Assembly: GCF_963921235.1 (NCBI RefSeq)
Contig: NC_086109.1
Span: 12,214,001-12,278,000, forward strand
Source: Mobula hypostoma
Taxonomy: Eukaryota
Direction of reading: 5' to 3'
Length of the DNA: 64,000 nt
Part shown: positions 36,600 to 49,509 of the stretch, one piece after another
Layout: the number at the start of each line of letters is the position of its first letter
Numbering within the stretch: the stretch's first letter is position 1
Program-made: the position numbers and the translations under genes
The notes under the pieces: generated by a model
Databases searched by the model: none
What the model was told of the DNA's origin: nothing
What the model saw: the letters and a program-made list of their open reading frames with translations, nothing else

Positions 36600-37245
36600 T
36601 GCACAGGTTGACTCAGATTAAGAAGGCATATGGTTCATTGGCCATCATCAAACATGGGACTGAGTTGGAGAGCTGAGGGGTAATGTTACAGGACCCTGGT
36701 CAGACCCCACTTGGAGTACTGTGCTCAGTTCTGGTCACCTCACTACAGGAAGGATGTGGAAACTATAGAAAGGGTGCAGAGGAGTTTTACAAGGATGTTG
36801 CCTGGATTGGGGAGCATGCGTTATGAGAATAGTTTGAGTGAACTTGGCCTTTTCTCCTTGGAGCGGCATAGGATGAGAGGTGACCTGACAGAGGTGTATA
36901 AGATGATGAGTGGCATTAATAGTGTGAATTATCAGAGGCTTTTGCCCAGGGCTGAAATAGTTAACATGAGAGGGCACAGTTTGACGGGACTTGGAAATAG
37001 GTACAGAGGAGCTGTCAGGGTAAGTTTTTAACGCAGAGTCCTGAAAGCGTGGAATGGGCTGCCAGCAACGCTGGTGCAGGGAGTTATAATAGGGTCTTCT
37101 AAGAGACTCCTGGATAGGTACATGGAGCTTCGGAAAATAGAGGGCTATGGGTAACTCTCGGTAATTTCTAAAGTACATACATGTTCGGTACAGCATTGTG
37201 GGCAGAAGGGCCTGTATTGTGCTGTAGGTTTTCTATGTTCTATGT
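36600..37245 (+). mobile_element. CR1 3' fragment nested in an older reverse CR1 fragment
   Basis: EYCAQFWSPHYRKDV motif and (ttctatg)n tail. The flanking fragment resumes at ~37246. Confidence 0.8.
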
Positions 37246-40200
37246 CTAAACTTCCCTCCTCTCACCTTAAATGAATGTCCTCTGGTATTGGTTATTGTCA
37301 CCATGAGAAAGAAGTGCTGCCTGTCCACTTAATCTATGCCTTATACACCTCTTCAACATCACTCTACCAAGTTACCTCTCACCCTCCTTTGCTCCAAAGA
37401 GAAAATCACTGGCCCACTCAACATTTACTTTTCCTCGTAAGACATGTTCTCTGATCCAGGCAGCATCTTGGTGAACCTCCTCTGCACCCTCTCTACAGCT
37501 TCCACAACCTTCTAACGATGAGGCAAACAGAACTGAACTAAATTCTCCAAGTGTGATTGAAGCAGAGCTTTACGGAGCTGTAATGTTACCTTGTGGCTCA
37601 CTCTTGTTCTTATGTAGAAGTGTCCACACGTCAGGAATTCTCAACTTGGGAATGAACTCTGCAGTCTTTTATCCTACACGTCACTCCTCCCACCAGATCT
37701 GCATTCTAAACTGACACTCTTCCACTTTGAACCCAGGTCTGAGGAGTGGTCCCTGACCTGAAACTGGGTTCGATGGAAGGTCCCTGTTATGTTTTGTGGC
37801 TCCAAACTGTAAAGAACTTCAACGGAATAAAGGAGAACTAAGAAATGTGAATCTTAGTTTGTATTTTTAATTTAAGTGAAGTGTGCACATATCATGTGGT
37901 AGTTTCCTGAAATATGCAATTCACGTCTTTTATTTATAAACCGTAATGAATTATTGCAACAAACAAGAATGCCTAATCAATATTTACAATATTATTCAAA
38001 TATTACACCGGCCATGCTGCACCTAGTATATATCAACAGTTTCGAGCCCATATCCCAGAAAGGATGTGTTGTCATTGGAGACAGACCAGAGTAGTTTCTC
38101 AAGAATGATTTTGGGAGTGAAGGGGTTAATATATGAGAAGCATTCTGCAAGTTAGACCTGTACTCAATGGAACTTAAAACAATGCATGGGGCTCTCATTG
38201 AAACCGACCGAATGTCGAAGGGACTAGATAGGGTGGATGTGGAGAGGGTGTTTCCTATGGTGGGGTTATCTATAACTGAAGGGCATAACCTCAAAATCGA
38301 GGGTTGTCCTTTTCGAACAGAGGTAAGGAGGAATTCCTTTTACCTAGAGAGTAGTGAATCTGTGGAATTTGCTGCCACGGACAGCAGTGGAGGCCAAGTC
38401 CGTGGGTATATTTAAGGCGGATTTTGAAAGGTTCCTGATCAGTCAAGGCATCAAAGGATATGACAGGAAGGCAGATGTATGGGGTTGAGTGGGATCTGGG
38501 ATCAGCCATGATGGAATGGCAAAGCAGACTCGATGGGCTGAATGGCCTAATTCTGCTCCTATGTCTTATGGACTTATGGTGTTATCTCTTCTTTAGCAGA
38601 GTACCAAATCTGAACACAATACTCCAGGTGTCATGTCACCAATTGTTTTGTACAACTGAAACATCACGTTCCAACTTCTCTATTCTGACTTATGCCTAAA
38701 GTCTTTTTCAATACCCTGTCTACCTCTGACTACACTTTCCAGGAACCATGTACTGTACCTGAATTCAAAGATCCTATCGTTCTTTAACACTTCCTAGGGC
38801 CTGACCAAGCTCCATGAAAGTCTTACTTGATTTGATCTTGGAAATGGAAAACTCAGCACATTTCTGAACTGAACTCTTTTTGCTATTCCATAGCCCAAAT
38901 AGCCAGCTGATCAAGATCCTGTGTAGTTCTTCAAAATTCTGTTTCCTATCTGAAAAGCTACCTGTCTGAGTGTCATCTGCAAATGATATATTTTTTTCAT
39001 TGAACCTTTGGTCAAACCAACAGCTTGTTACATTCTGCTAATTGCTCTAGCAGCAATCTGTGATTCAGTGTTGTCACGTACCCCGTGACGGGTTAAAGAA
39101 CCAGCAGAAATGGAAAACACCTTGGAGTCTGGTATTGCTGTTAACTAACACTATTTTATTAGTAACTACGCAAGTAGCTGCTCCCTTCTCTCTCTGTAGG
39201 AACTCAGAAGCTGGCAGTGTCCTTGCAGAATTCCCAAACAAACTGTGAGCAGTCTTCACCTCTCTCTCAATAACAAGTGGTTTGTGCTGTACAACTGCAC
39301 GCCCTCTCTCTATTTTTTAAAAGCACAGTCCATTATGAATAACTCAGGACAGTGTACATCAGTGAATATCACAGCAAGGGGAAGCAGTATCTTGGGGTTT
39401 GGTAAATACTCAAGCATAACTCATTTCAGAGTATGGGATGAGATTAATGATGGAGCAGTCATGGAGAATACAGCATGACAATCCTTTCAGTGTAGAAAAT
39501 GAATCTAATGTTCTAAGAATAAACATGATAAGAAGAAACTAGGACTTGCTCTTCTTGGAGCATAAGGGGTTAAGAGTGGATATGATTGAGGGGTGTAATA
39601 TTATGAGATGTACAGGTTGGATGGACGACAAGAAACTTTCCCATTCTGAGAGATGATTAGAGGTGACATTGATTGTCAGAGATGACATAGATTTGGAAGG
39701 GATTTGAATGAATTATTTTTACCCAGAGAGTTGTGGAAACAGAGTCAATTCAGTGCTTGTGAGATGCAGAATGACATCTTCAGTCACATCTACATAGAAG
39801 GCTTTGGACCATGTGTGGGAAGATAGGGTTTATATACAGTGCTGTGTAAACGTCTTTAGCACATGTAAAATAATGCTGTAAGATGAAGATGCTTTCAAAA
39901 ATAATGAAAGGAGAAGTTTCTAAATATCAAAAAAATTCTATAAAGAGCAGAAATAGTAAAAAACTAAATAAATTCAATATTGGGTATGACAACACGTTGC
40001 CTTTAAATCTGCATCAATTCTCTTAAGTACACTGTTGAGAAGTGGTACAAGAAAATTTTCTGGTAGTTTGTTCCAAGCATCACAGAGAACTTGCCACAGT
40101 TCTTAATTGGCTTGCTGACATTGCATTTACTTATAAACACTTAATTTCACGTTGTTTAAATGGATAAATGATAAAATAATTCAGTGTACACAGAGAGGTT

Positions 40201-41533
40201 TTGTTACTTTGGGTTCTTTTTACAGTTGTTATAGGAGAAAACAGTGCAATATGTTAGCAGTTAATATTTATCTGCTTAAATTCTGTATATTGTATGCTAT
40301 GAGTGCTGACTGTATTGCATCAGCCACTCCAGTCATCTGTGTAATGTTCAACTTCAGCAAAGGATGTGGTGAGAACTTCAGTCTTCTTTATTTATCTTAC
40401 CAAACAATATAGAGAAGTGCCAATGGATGCTACAGATAACTAAATTGTTCTGGCCACTTTTTGCATTTCCCCATCACTTCTTGGAAAACTTCTCAATAAC
40501 TATGGTTCAATATGCTGATGAGAACAAATGTAGAGATACAGAACATCTTTAGCAAAGCATCTTTGTTTCAGCAACTAGATCACTGACCAACAATAACAAT
40601 TTGGTGAAGAAAAGTGAAATGGCTGTTTTACCCTTGTGTTTAAACCTAATACCAATCGTGTGCACACTTATAAATACAATGGTAGGATTGTAAAACATTT
40701 ACCACTCTGTTGCTGTTAAGTTATCCAAGAACTGCAGCTTTCTAGGTTATTGATCAGACCGCACTTGGAATATGGTGAACAGATTTGGGCCCTTTATCTT
40801 CAAAAGGATGTGTTCTAATTGGAAAGGTGTCCAAAGGAGATTCCAGGGAAAGATCCAGCAATGAAAGGGTTAATGTACGAGGAACGTTTGATGGCTGTTG
40901 ACCTGTACTCACTGGAGTTTAGAAGAATGGTGGAGGTGAGGGTAGGGGTTTTCATTAATTTTCTCGTACAGTGAAGGGCCAAGAACCTAGGTGGAGTGTA
41001 TGTGGAGAGGATGTTTCCCATGGTGGGAGATTTCCTGACCAGAGGGTGCTGATTCTTTGGATTTCATTGTCACAGAAGCTGTGGAGGACAAATCATTGGA
41101 TATATTTAAAGTGGGGTTTGATAGGGTTCTGATTAGTAAGTGTGTCAAAGGTTATGGGGAAAATAGGGTAGAGGGGGGTAATAATTCAGCCATAATAGAA
41201 TGAGGAACAGACTCAATGGGCTGAATGGACTCAAGTTTCAGAGGTCCAGATTCACAAGTGGGTCCACTGCATCTCGAATTACCTCTGGCTCATCAACATC
41301 CATCAGGTAACCCTGAGCTGAAGATGTAATGAGCTCCAAACAGACTCTGGCGTTACTGCTTCACATCCTCACATAACAGCTGAAGGATATCATGTGATAT
41401 TCCTCTTTGTCAGTGAGGCATTTCAAAGTTTAAAATTCAAATTAAATTTATTATTAAACATGTGCATGTCAGCATATACTACCCTGGTTATAATGACAAT
41501 CATGCAGTTCACCTTCTCTCATTTGCAAGACCC

Positions 41534-42545
41534 TTTATTGTACACTCATGGGTTACAGCCACAGATCAGTACTGTACTGAGAAAAGTCACGCCTTCTGTT
41601 TGCAAATTCACACCTTGATGACCGATGCAAGTTGCAATAATTAGCAGCTCACACATATTACTCAGCCGCCAAGTTCATTTCCATTGTTTGTTCTCCTTTA
41701 AGATCTTTGTACAGTGACTGGAAATATTCATGATGTGTCTCTTTCTCACTCCATTTCTACAAGATGTATTTTGAAAGGTCCGTAGTCAAACACCTTTTCA
41801 AATTTCAACGTATATGTGCTAAATTTGTTATCAAAGTCCATTTAGGTCGACATATACAACCCTGAGATTCATTTTCTTACAGTAGGTCAAAGAAATACAA
41901 AAGATCAAATACAATTCACAGTAGATCAAAGAATTATAATAGAATCAATGAAAAATGACACACAAATATGCACAAACAATTTGCAAAGGAAGACACAATG
42001 TGAAAATACAATCAATTAATCAATTGATAAACAAGCAAACAAACAAACAAATAAAGAAATAAATAACACTGAGAATATGAATTGTAGAATCCTTGAAAGT
42101 GAATCCATAGGCTGTGTTCAGTGATTATTTCACTGTTGAGGTGACTGAAGTTATCCACACTGCTTCAACAGCCTAATGGCTGAACTGTTCCTGAACCTGG
42201 TGGTTTGGTATAGTACCTCCTTCCATCGGCAATGGCAAAAAGAGAGTATGTTTGGATGATGGGGGTCATTGATAATGAATGCAGCTTTCTTATGGCATTA
42301 CCCCTCTGTAGGTGTGATTACCGGTGAGCTGGGTTTTATCTATCAATTGATCAGATCAGTCTTAACCAATCTCCATACTGACCATCCCTGAGTAATGAAT
42401 GGCTCTGTTGTTACAGATGTCTATATGTCAATTTTACCCGTATGTCAGAAAACATCACTAATATCACTGAATATGGTATCCATACCTCCATGGTTTTATA
42501 ATGAAAGGCATCAACTGCACATAAAACTGAGAAGAAAGAGTAATT
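41534..42545 (-). other. Unit 3 orphan tail module: 60-nt exon (42486-42545) + terminal exon (41658-41756) + AATAAA (41534-41539)
   Basis: NYSFFSVLCAVDAFHYKTME|gtatgg and KWSEKETHHEYFQSLYKDLKGEQTMEMNLAAE*, with canonical AG/GT sites. Both are open in phase 0. Confidence 0.6.
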
Positions 42546-42989
42546 CTGAAAAGTGGAGAGAAAGAAAACTAGTTCTGTTATTTGTAGGAACATAGAAAAT
42601 AGAAAAGTACTACACAGCTCAGGTCCTTTGGCAGACAATATTGTGTCAATGTATACTCCATGATCAATCTAATCCTTCCATCATACGTAGCCCATGATAC
42701 TCTATTTTTTGTACTTCCATGTGTATGTCTATCCGAGGGGCTCTTTGATGTCCGTTTTGCATCAGCCTCTACCACCATGCCTGCATTGTATTCAAGGGAC
42801 ACCCCACTCACTGTGTAAAGAAAAACTACCTCTTACATCTCCCCTCAATGTACTTCCACTCACCTTAAATCAATGTCCTGTAGGATTGGTCACTGCCACC
42901 ATGAGGAAGAGGTGCTGGTGGCCACTCAATCTATGAGGAAGAGGTGCTGCATCCTGTCTCTATCCTGGGAATGAACTGTGTAGATTTCT

Positions 42990-44911
42990 GTGAGGGACAC
43001 CATCGCCTACGTGCAGGACAGGAGGGTGGACGCCTGCCTGGTCAGCTTGGACCAGGAGAAAGCCTTCGACAGGATATCGCACACGTACATGGCGGACGTG
43101 CTCTCCAAAATGGGATTTGGGGAGGGAATCCGGAATTGGATCAGACTGCTCTACACAGACATCCGTAGTGCGGTCCAGGTTAACGGGTGGGAAACAGACA
43201 GCTTCCCCATCAGGTCTGGAGTCAGGCAGGGCTGTCCCCTCTCCCCTGTCTTGTTTGTCTGCTGCATAGAACCCTTTGCGGAAGCCATCAGGAGGGATGA
43301 GGGCATAAGAGGGGTGACGCTGCCAGGCAGTGGAGGGACCCAAGTGAAAACCTCCCTGTACATGGACGACGTCACCGTCTTCTGCTCTGATCCGAGGTCA
43401 GTTCGCAGGTTGATTGGCACCTGCGAACAGTTCGAGCTAGCGTCGGGGGCCAGGGTCAACCGAACAAAGAGCGAAGCCATGCTCTTCGGCAACTGGCCCG
43501 ACCGATCCAGCGTCCCCTTCACCATCAGGTCTGACCACGTGAAGGTGTTGGGGATCTGGTTCGGAGGGGCGGAGGCGTGCAACAAGAACTGTCAGGAGCG
43601 GACTGCCAAGGTGAAACAGAAACTGGGACTGTGGGGAGGGCGCTCCCTGTCGATAACGGGCAAGAACCTGGTCATCAGGTGTGAGGTGCTCTCAGGGCTG
43701 CTGTACTTGGCGCAGGTCTGGCCCGTCCCCTGCTCCTACAGCTCGGAAATCACCCGGGCTGTCTTCAGATTCGTCTGGGGATCCAAGATGGAGCGGGTGA
43801 GACGGACCGCCATGCACAAGTCCCTGGACAACGGGGGCAAGAACGTCCCCAATGTCGCCCTCACCCTGATGGCCAGCTTCGTATGTGGCTGCATCAGGTT
43901 GTGTGTAGAGCCCAGGTATGTGGGCACCAAGTACCACTATGTGCCCAGGTTCTACTTGTCGCCCTGGCTACGAAGGATGGGTCTGGCCCCACTCCCGCGC
44001 AACGCCCCAGTCAGCTGGTCGTTGCCGGCATACCTGTCCTACGTAGCAAAGTTCTTCCAGGAGAACGCCTTTGACCACAGGGCCATCAGGCAGTGGTCGG
44101 CACGTAGTGTCCTGCAGGCACTTCAGGAGAAGGACGTGATGGACACAGTGGGGTGGTTCCCTGAGCAGTCTGTCCAGTTCATCTGGCAAAATGCCTCATC
44201 GCCAGATCTAACCAACAGGCACCAAGACCTCGCCTGGCTGGCAGTGAGAGGGGCCCTCCCAGTCAGAGCCCTCCTGTACGCCCGGAACGTCGTCTCCGCA
44301 CCCCACTGCCCACGGGAGGACTGCAGTGAGGAGGAGTCTGTGACCCACCTCTTTGCACACTGCCAGTTCGCAAAGAGGGTGTGGAGGAGGATGGACAGGC
44401 TAGTGTCACGGTTTATCCCCAGCAGCTGCGTAACAGAGGACTCTCTGATCTACGGGCTGTTCCCGGGGACACACACGGAGACCAACGTCCGGTGCTGCTG
44501 TCAGATCATCAACTCGGTGAAAGACGCTCTTTGGTCGGCCCGAAACTTGATGATCTACCAGCACATGGAGATGTCCGTGGGAGAATGCTGCCAACTGGCA
44601 CATTCTCGACTGCAGGAGTACGTGCTGAGGGACGCAGTGAAACTCGGTGCAGCCACCGCAAGGGCCCGGTGGGGAAGGACCACAGTATAGGTTACTCCAC
44701 CCGTGGGAGTGGGAGGGGTCGGAGGGCGGGGAGTATACCCCTCAACAATGAAATGATATGGTAAGCTGAACTACTGGAGTGCCACGTGGGTGGCTATAAA
44801 TACGGATATGTACTGTGTATAATGGAAACGTATGTAAAGGATGAAAAGTTATTGAATGGTTTATTGTATATATTTATTTTTGAATAAAGTATATTTTGAA
44901 ATAAAAAAAAA
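42990..44911 (+). mobile_element. Tx1-clade (L1-like) LINE, 5'-truncated, uninterrupted RT + C-terminal Cys/His region
   Basis: 566-aa ORF (SLDQEKAFDR, GVRQGCPLSP, YMDD, CPREDC...HLFAHC), GC-rich relative to its flanks; AATAAA at 44883 and A-tail at 44903-44911. Confidence 0.92.
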
Positions 44912-46044
44912 TCACTCTTCTGACCAGACCTGCTTTCTAAACTGACCCTCTACCACTTTTATTCCAGATCTGAGGAGGAGTCCCTGCCCTGAAACTGGAT
45001 TCAATGATAGGTCTTGGCATATCATAAACTGCTCCTGACGAAGGGTCTCGGCCCAAAAATTTGACTGTTCGTTTCCATGGATGCTGCCCGACCTGCTGAG
45101 TTCCTCCAGCGTGTTGTGTGTGTTGCACAGATACTGCCTGATCTGCTGACTCCTCCAACATTTGTGTGTGTTCCATCAGCATATAGGTGGAAGATAGAAA
45201 ATCTGGCTGAATGGTTTCACAGCTATTTCCCACTCGACATCAGCGAAACCAAGGAGCTGATTATTGACCGCAGGAGGAGTTATCCAGAGGTCCTTGAACC
45301 AGTCCTCATCAGGGCAATATCTGCATCTAATATAAAGTAATCATGCAAATTTCTTTTTAAATCAAGATTTTTTGTAATTATCTTTAATTGAGAAAAAGAT
45401 TGTGTGTATCCACCTAGATTTTTAAAAATCTAGATGCAATATGAGAATGAGAAATATATAAAATGAGCTACCTCTTCATGTCAAAGTTTTTACATTTATT
45501 GAATATGCTGTCAGAGGGAGTGGTTGAGACAGGCGCAATAGCAACATTTAAATGACACTTGGACAGCTCTCTGGACAGGGAAGGTTCAGTGGGATATGGG
45601 CCAAATGCAGGTGAATGTGTCTAGCTTAAATCAACATCTCTCTCAGCATGGTGGATTTGGGATGAAGGGCTTATTTCTGTGTTCTACTGCACTCCACTCC
45701 ATTGTGCATTCGAGTTCCAGTTACAGGTCAGCATTGAGAAAAGTATCTCCAATGATTTGTAGATTCGCCACCTGTGACTTGACCATTGCAACTCACAACA
45801 AGATACAACTCACTCATTTTAGTAGTGCAATCACTCAAGTCGAGTTACATGTTCTCCAAAGGGGTTGTCTATTGGTGGATGTCGAGGCTGATCCAGGCTT
45901 CACATATTCTGGTGCAGTGTGGGCAAGAGTAAGTGGTGGCTATGGTTAGTTGTTGGGTCTTGTGGTTGCTCATTCTCTCCTTTCACAGCTGCAGCTTGTT
46001 CTCTGCAGCACAGTGGAGGTTTACTCACATATACTAGCCCCGAC

Positions 46045-48235
46045 GAGGAGTTGAGGATGCTGAACCGTGTCTACGCCCACCTGGACAAGCCGGTGAGCAC
46101 TGTGAGGGTCATGTTTTTTGACTTCTCCAGTGCATTCAACACCATCCGCCCTGCTCTGCTGGGGGAGAAGCTGACAGCAATGCAGGTGGATGCTTCCCTG
46201 GTATCATGGATCCTTGATTACCTGACTGGCAGACCACAGTACGTGTGCCTGCAACACTGTGTGTCTGACAGAGTGATCAGCAGCACTGGGGCTCCACAGG
46301 GGACTCTCTTGTCTCCCTTTCTCTTCACCATTTACACCTCGGACTTCAACTACTGCACAGAGTCTTGTCATCTTCAGAAGTTTTCGGATGACTCTGCCAT
46401 AGATGGATGCATCAGCAAGGGAGATGAGGTTGAGTACAGGGCTACAGTAGGAAACTTTGTCACATAGTGTGAGCAGAATTATCTGCAGCTTAACGTGAAA
46501 AAGCCTAAGGAGCTGGTGGTAGACCTGAGGAGAGCCAAGGTACCGGTGACCCCTGTTTCCATGCAGGGGGTCAGTGTGGACATGGTGGAGGATTACAAAT
46601 ACCTGGGGATACGAATTGACAATAAACTGGACCGGTCTAAGAACACTGAGGCTGTCTACAAGAAGGGTTAGAGCCGTCTCTGTTTCCTGAGGAGACTGAG
46701 GTCCTTTAACATCTGCCGGACGATGCTGAGGATGTTCTACGAGTTTGTGGTGGCCAGTGGTATCATGTTTGCTGTTGTGTGCTGGGGCAGCAGGCTGAGG
46801 GTAGCAGAAACCAACAGAATCAACAAACTCATTTGTAAGGCCAGTGATGTTGTGGGGTTGGAACTGGACTCTCTCACGGTGGTGTCTGAAAAGAGGATGC
46901 TGTCTAAGTTGCATGTCATCTTGGTCAATGTCTCCCATCCACCACATAATGTACTGGGTGGGCACAGGAGTACATTCAGCCAGAGACTCAGTCCTCCGAG
47001 ATGCAGCACAGAGCGTCATAGGAAGTCATTCCTGCCTGTGGCCATCAAACTTTACAACTCCTCCCTTGGAGGGTCAGACAGCCTGAGCTGATAGGCTGGT
47101 CCTGGATTTATTTCATAATTTTGTGACGAGAATACACATAGATTAAGATGTTAGCTGTCCTGTGCTGGCACCAGTGGGGTCAGCAGTTGGTCTGCCACCT
47201 GTCTTCAGGAGAAAGATAGATAAGGAAAACAATGGAGCAGCATTTGGAGCTTTAATGAAGGGATGGGAGAGTTTAACGGAAGGAGAGCTGTCAAGATCGG
47301 CTCCCCCTTTGAACCCTGAACTGTTTGAAGTGATGGACAGGCGATACCCCAGCAGGGGAATAAAAAGGGACAGGTTCGCTAAGGCAAGACACACACGACA
47401 CCCCGAGGTAACGAGACCCTGGAAGCGGTGCGCCTCCCATAAGTCGGTGGGAAGTTTTGGACGGTTGGTCGCGGGATCAAGCCATAGACGCACAGGGTGA
47501 AAAGGCACGATCGGCGGGAACCTGGTGTGTGTCCACCCTTGCCTGGGTGCCAGGTTCACCGCAGAGAAACAATCGAATCTGGAAGCGGAGGGGTCACGGT
47601 CGGTGACCTCAGATGACATCACAAAGGGCTCGCCCGAAAGCTGACTGCGAAGAATGTCGAAGGTCTGTGTGGAAGCCGTTTGAATACTCATTTGTTTTGC
47701 TCTCTCTCTCCTTCCCCCCACTGTCCATCTCCCACGGCAGCGATTACTGCGAACTGAACTGAACTAAATTGAACTGAACTTTGCGTCACCTTGAAACTGG
47801 TCATTTACCCCTAGACAATGATAGAGCTTGATTGATCCTGTTATCTTAATTCTGTGTACATGTGTGTTTATCATTGCTGAACTGTTGCATTTATTATCCT
47901 TTTGATTAGAGTACTGTGTTGCTTGTTTCTTTAACAAAACTTTCTTAGTTCGAGTAATCCAGACTCCAACTGAGTGATCCATTTCTGCTGGTTTGGCAAC
48001 CCAGTTACAGGGTACGTAACAATTTACATATTACTTTTTAACTATTTATTACTATTTTCTATTACTATTCTATTACTATTTATTATTTCTATGACTATTA
48101 CTATTTACTATTTACTAATAGTAATATTACCATTAATATTTCTATTACTATTTATTATTCATGGTGTAACTGTAACGAAAACCAATTTCCCCCGGGATCA
48201 ACTAAGTATGACTGTGACAATGACTATGACTATAT
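46045..48235 (+). mobile_element. Rex1/Babar-type LINE 3' part, interrupted in its 3' UTR by a solo LTR
   Basis: FFDFSSAFNTI, QGTLLSPFLF and FSDDS motifs; AT-rich 3' UTR that resumes at 48022; (atgact)n-like tail. Confidence 0.85.
47122..48021 (+). mobile_element. Solo LTR (900 bp)
   Basis: TGTGACG...CGTAACA termini (TG..CA, 6/7 inverted match) and a 4-bp target duplication ATTT at 47118-47121 and 48022-48025. Orientation is assumed. Confidence 0.85.
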
Positions 48236-48339
48236 AATACATTTTCCTCTTGAACAGATTTCCTCCAAGTGAATCTGTTAAGTGCATTGTCTTCCCAGTT
48301 TTTAGATGTAATCTTGAATTTCTTCTGTGCAATTTAAAA

Positions 48340-49160
48340 TAATTTATAATAAATAGTATGTGCAACAATATAACATAGAAATACTGTTGTGTCAGCATGA
48401 GTTAAACAGACTGATGGCCTGGTGGAAGAAGCTATTCCAGAGACTGTGGTACCATTTCCTGGATGGTAGCAGCTGGAACAGTTTGTAGTTGGGGTGACTC
48501 GGATCCCCAATGATCCTGCAGGCCCCTTTTACACACCTGTCTTTGTAAATGTCCTGAAGAGTGAAAAGTTCACATCTACAGATGCGCTGGGCTGTCCGCG
48601 CCACTCCCTGCAGAGTTCTGCGATTGAAGGAAGTACAGTTCCCATACCAGGCAGTGATGCAGCCAGTCAGGATGCTTTCAGTTGTGCCCCTGTAGAAAGT
48701 TCTTAGCATTTGGAGGCCCATATCAAACTTCTTCAACCGTTTAAGGTGAATGAGGCACTGTTGTGCCTTTTTCACCACACAGCCAGTATAGACAGAGCAC
48801 GTGACATCCTCGGCGATGGTTATGCCGAGGAACTCGAATCAGTTCACCCTCTCAACCCCAGATACGTTGATGTCAATAGGGGCTAGTCTGTCACCATTCC
48901 TCCTGTAGTCCACAACCAGCTCCTTTGTTTTGCAACATTGAGGGATAGGTTGTATTCTTGACACCTCTGTGTCAGGGTGATGACTTCTCCTCTGTAGGCT
49001 GCCTGATTATTATTTGGGATTAGGCCGATCAGTGTAGTCTGATTACTACAGTGAAGGTCTCTGAACTTCTTGTCGAGCCTGGAGGGAATTATGGTGTTAA
49101 ATGTTGAACTGTGGTCCAAGATCAGCATTCTCACATAAGCATCCTTCTTCACCAAGGGTG
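48340..49160 (-). mobile_element. Rex1/Babar degenerate fragment
   Basis: YVRMLILDHSSTFNTI and ESILTGCITAWYGNC remnants. Confidence 0.75.
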
Positions 49161-49509
49161 AAAGCTAAAATGTCTAAGGGGAACATGAGGGTAATCTTCT
49201 TCACTTTGAGGGTCATGAGAATGATCTTCCAGCACAAGTGGTTCATGTGAGTTGGTTTACAATGTTTAAGAGATGTTAGAATAATTGGATTATGGTGGTC
49301 TAAGGTCCCTGTGCAGGTCGATGGGAATAAGAAGTTTAAGTGGTTTCAGCATGGACTAGATGGGCTGAGGAGCCTGTTTCGTGCTGTACATCTCCTTGAT
49401 TCAATAATGAGGTGAAGGCTGGTCGCAAAAATGATGGCAATTAGGGTAGTCGCAATGATACATCTCTATTGATGGCATTTTCCTATATCTGGCAAGCTGT
49501 GAAGATCAT

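Larger units (their letters stand above)
27000..45020. repeat. Three diverged tandem units (~27.0-32.0, ~32.6-37.8, ~40.1-45.0 kb)
   Basis: The same ordered non-TE blocks recur three times (e.g. gagatacaaa/catcttcagc, gacctttgtacagtgactgg, attctgaaaagtggagag, ccctgacctgaaactgg), separated by unit-specific TE insertions. Confidence 0.88.

Noticed and set aside
39072-39480. TG...CA bounded segment as a second solo LTR
   Set aside because: The start looks LTR-like, but there is no target-site duplication and the 3' boundary is uncertain.
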